From a virus (taxonomy: Duplodnaviria > Caudoviricetes): a DNA stretch of 64,000 nucleotides. The DNA lies in the IMG/VR virus record IMGVR_UViG_3300032319_000326, positions 27,734 through 91,733 of that record, one strand, 5' to 3'. Both the position numbers and the translations under genes were made by a program. Positions 63,453 through 64,000 of the stretch are shown here, in pieces. The notes below the pieces were generated by a model. It was not told the origin of the DNA, ran no database searches, and worked only from the letters and a program-made list of their open reading frames with translations. The first letter of the stretch is position 1. Every line of letters starts with the position of its first letter.

Positions 63453-64000
63453 ATGCCAAATTTAACAGTCTCCTCAACAATTGACACGTTTATGCAGTCT
63501 GCCACACAAGCAGACGCACGTACAGCCATAGGTATATCAAGTATAGTTGGTAGTTCCGGATCATCAGGAACTTCAGGATCTAGTGGATCAAGTGGACAAA
63601 CAGGATCAAGTGGTACAGCCGGTACAAGCGGATCAAGTGGCACAAGTGGACAAACAGGATCAAACGGATCAAGTGGATCAAGTGGTACAAGTGGAAGTAA
63701 TGGATCAAGTGGTTCAAGTGGATCTAGTGGTACAAGTGGTACAAGTGGATCAAGTGGTACAAGTGGATCAAGTGGTACAAGTGGTACAAGTGGATCTAGT
63801 GGTACAAGTGGATCTAGTGGTACAAGTGGTACAAGTGGTACAAGTGGACAAACAGGATCTAGTGGTACAAGTGGACAAAACGGTTCAAGTGGATCTAGTG
63901 GTACAAGTGGTACAAGTGGTACAAGTGGACAAACAGGATCTAGTGGTACAAGTGGACAAAACGGTTCAAGTGGATCTAGTGGTACAAGTGGTACAAGTGG
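63453..64000 (+). CDS. Collagen-like (Gly-Ser/Thr-Ser)n repeat protein, 3'-truncated by window
   Basis: ATG 63453, then continuous 9-bp units such as ggtacaagt/ggatcaagt/ggatctagt to the window end with no stop. Confidence 0.8.
   Translation, partial: MPNLTVSSTIDTFMQSATQADARTAIGISSIVGSSGSSGTSGSSGSSGQTGSSGTAGTSGSSGTSGQTGSNGSSGSSGTSGSNGSSGSSGSSGTSGTSGSSGTSGSSGTSGTSGSSGTSGSSGTSGTSGTSGQTGSSGTSGQNGSSGSSGTSGTSGTSGQTGSSGTSGQNGSSGSSGTSGTS

Noticed and set aside
63548-64000. CRISPR-like or non-coding repeat array
   Set aside because: The 9-bp units keep an open Gly-X-Y frame and have no unique spacers.
1-64000. tRNA, rRNA, CRISPR arrays and host assignment
   Set aside because: No such RNA genes or arrays were recognised in the short intergenic regions. 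Host signals conflict (few Shine-Dalgarno sites but sigma70-like promoters), so no host is claimed.

Overview
AT-rich segment of a large T4-like (myovirus, probably jumbo) dsDNA phage genome, almost all on the + strand. It carries baseplate/tail structural genes (1-16.6 kb), RuvC, primase and a split Mre11/Rad50 (SbcD/SbcC) pair (16.9-21.9 kb), and a glycosyltransferase/methyltransferase island including an Aah/TibC-like heptosyltransferase (21.9-28.4 kb). These are followed by an unusually long tail sheath, the large terminase, portal, prohead protease, scaffold, major capsid protein, a Mom-like modifier, a unimolecular-spanin-like lipoprotein, a Gp88-like protein, neck/tail-completion genes and the start of a Gly-Ser/Thr collagen-like repeat protein. 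The region is heavily colonised by homing elements: three contiguous inteins, one atypically split terminase intein, four intact free-standing endonuclease genes and about five remnants. The most striking pattern is that several endonuclease cassettes carry, beside their promoter, a ~16-21 bp degenerate copy of a conserved motif from the neighbouring essential gene (terminase QECD|CD junction, capsid NFLET, sheath DFNxLP, possibly protease AFDFV). In the two best cases the differences are mostly synonymous. This suggests target-mimic operators (or guides) that reveal each nuclease's target. Other highlights are an intein-free split of the SbcD nuclease with complementary charged tags, endonucleases fused to DNA-modifying domains, cassettes that replace the 5' end of the gene they invade, and a shared N-terminal capsid-targeting-like peptide on enzymes. 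All assignments come from motif recognition by eye; no searches were run.
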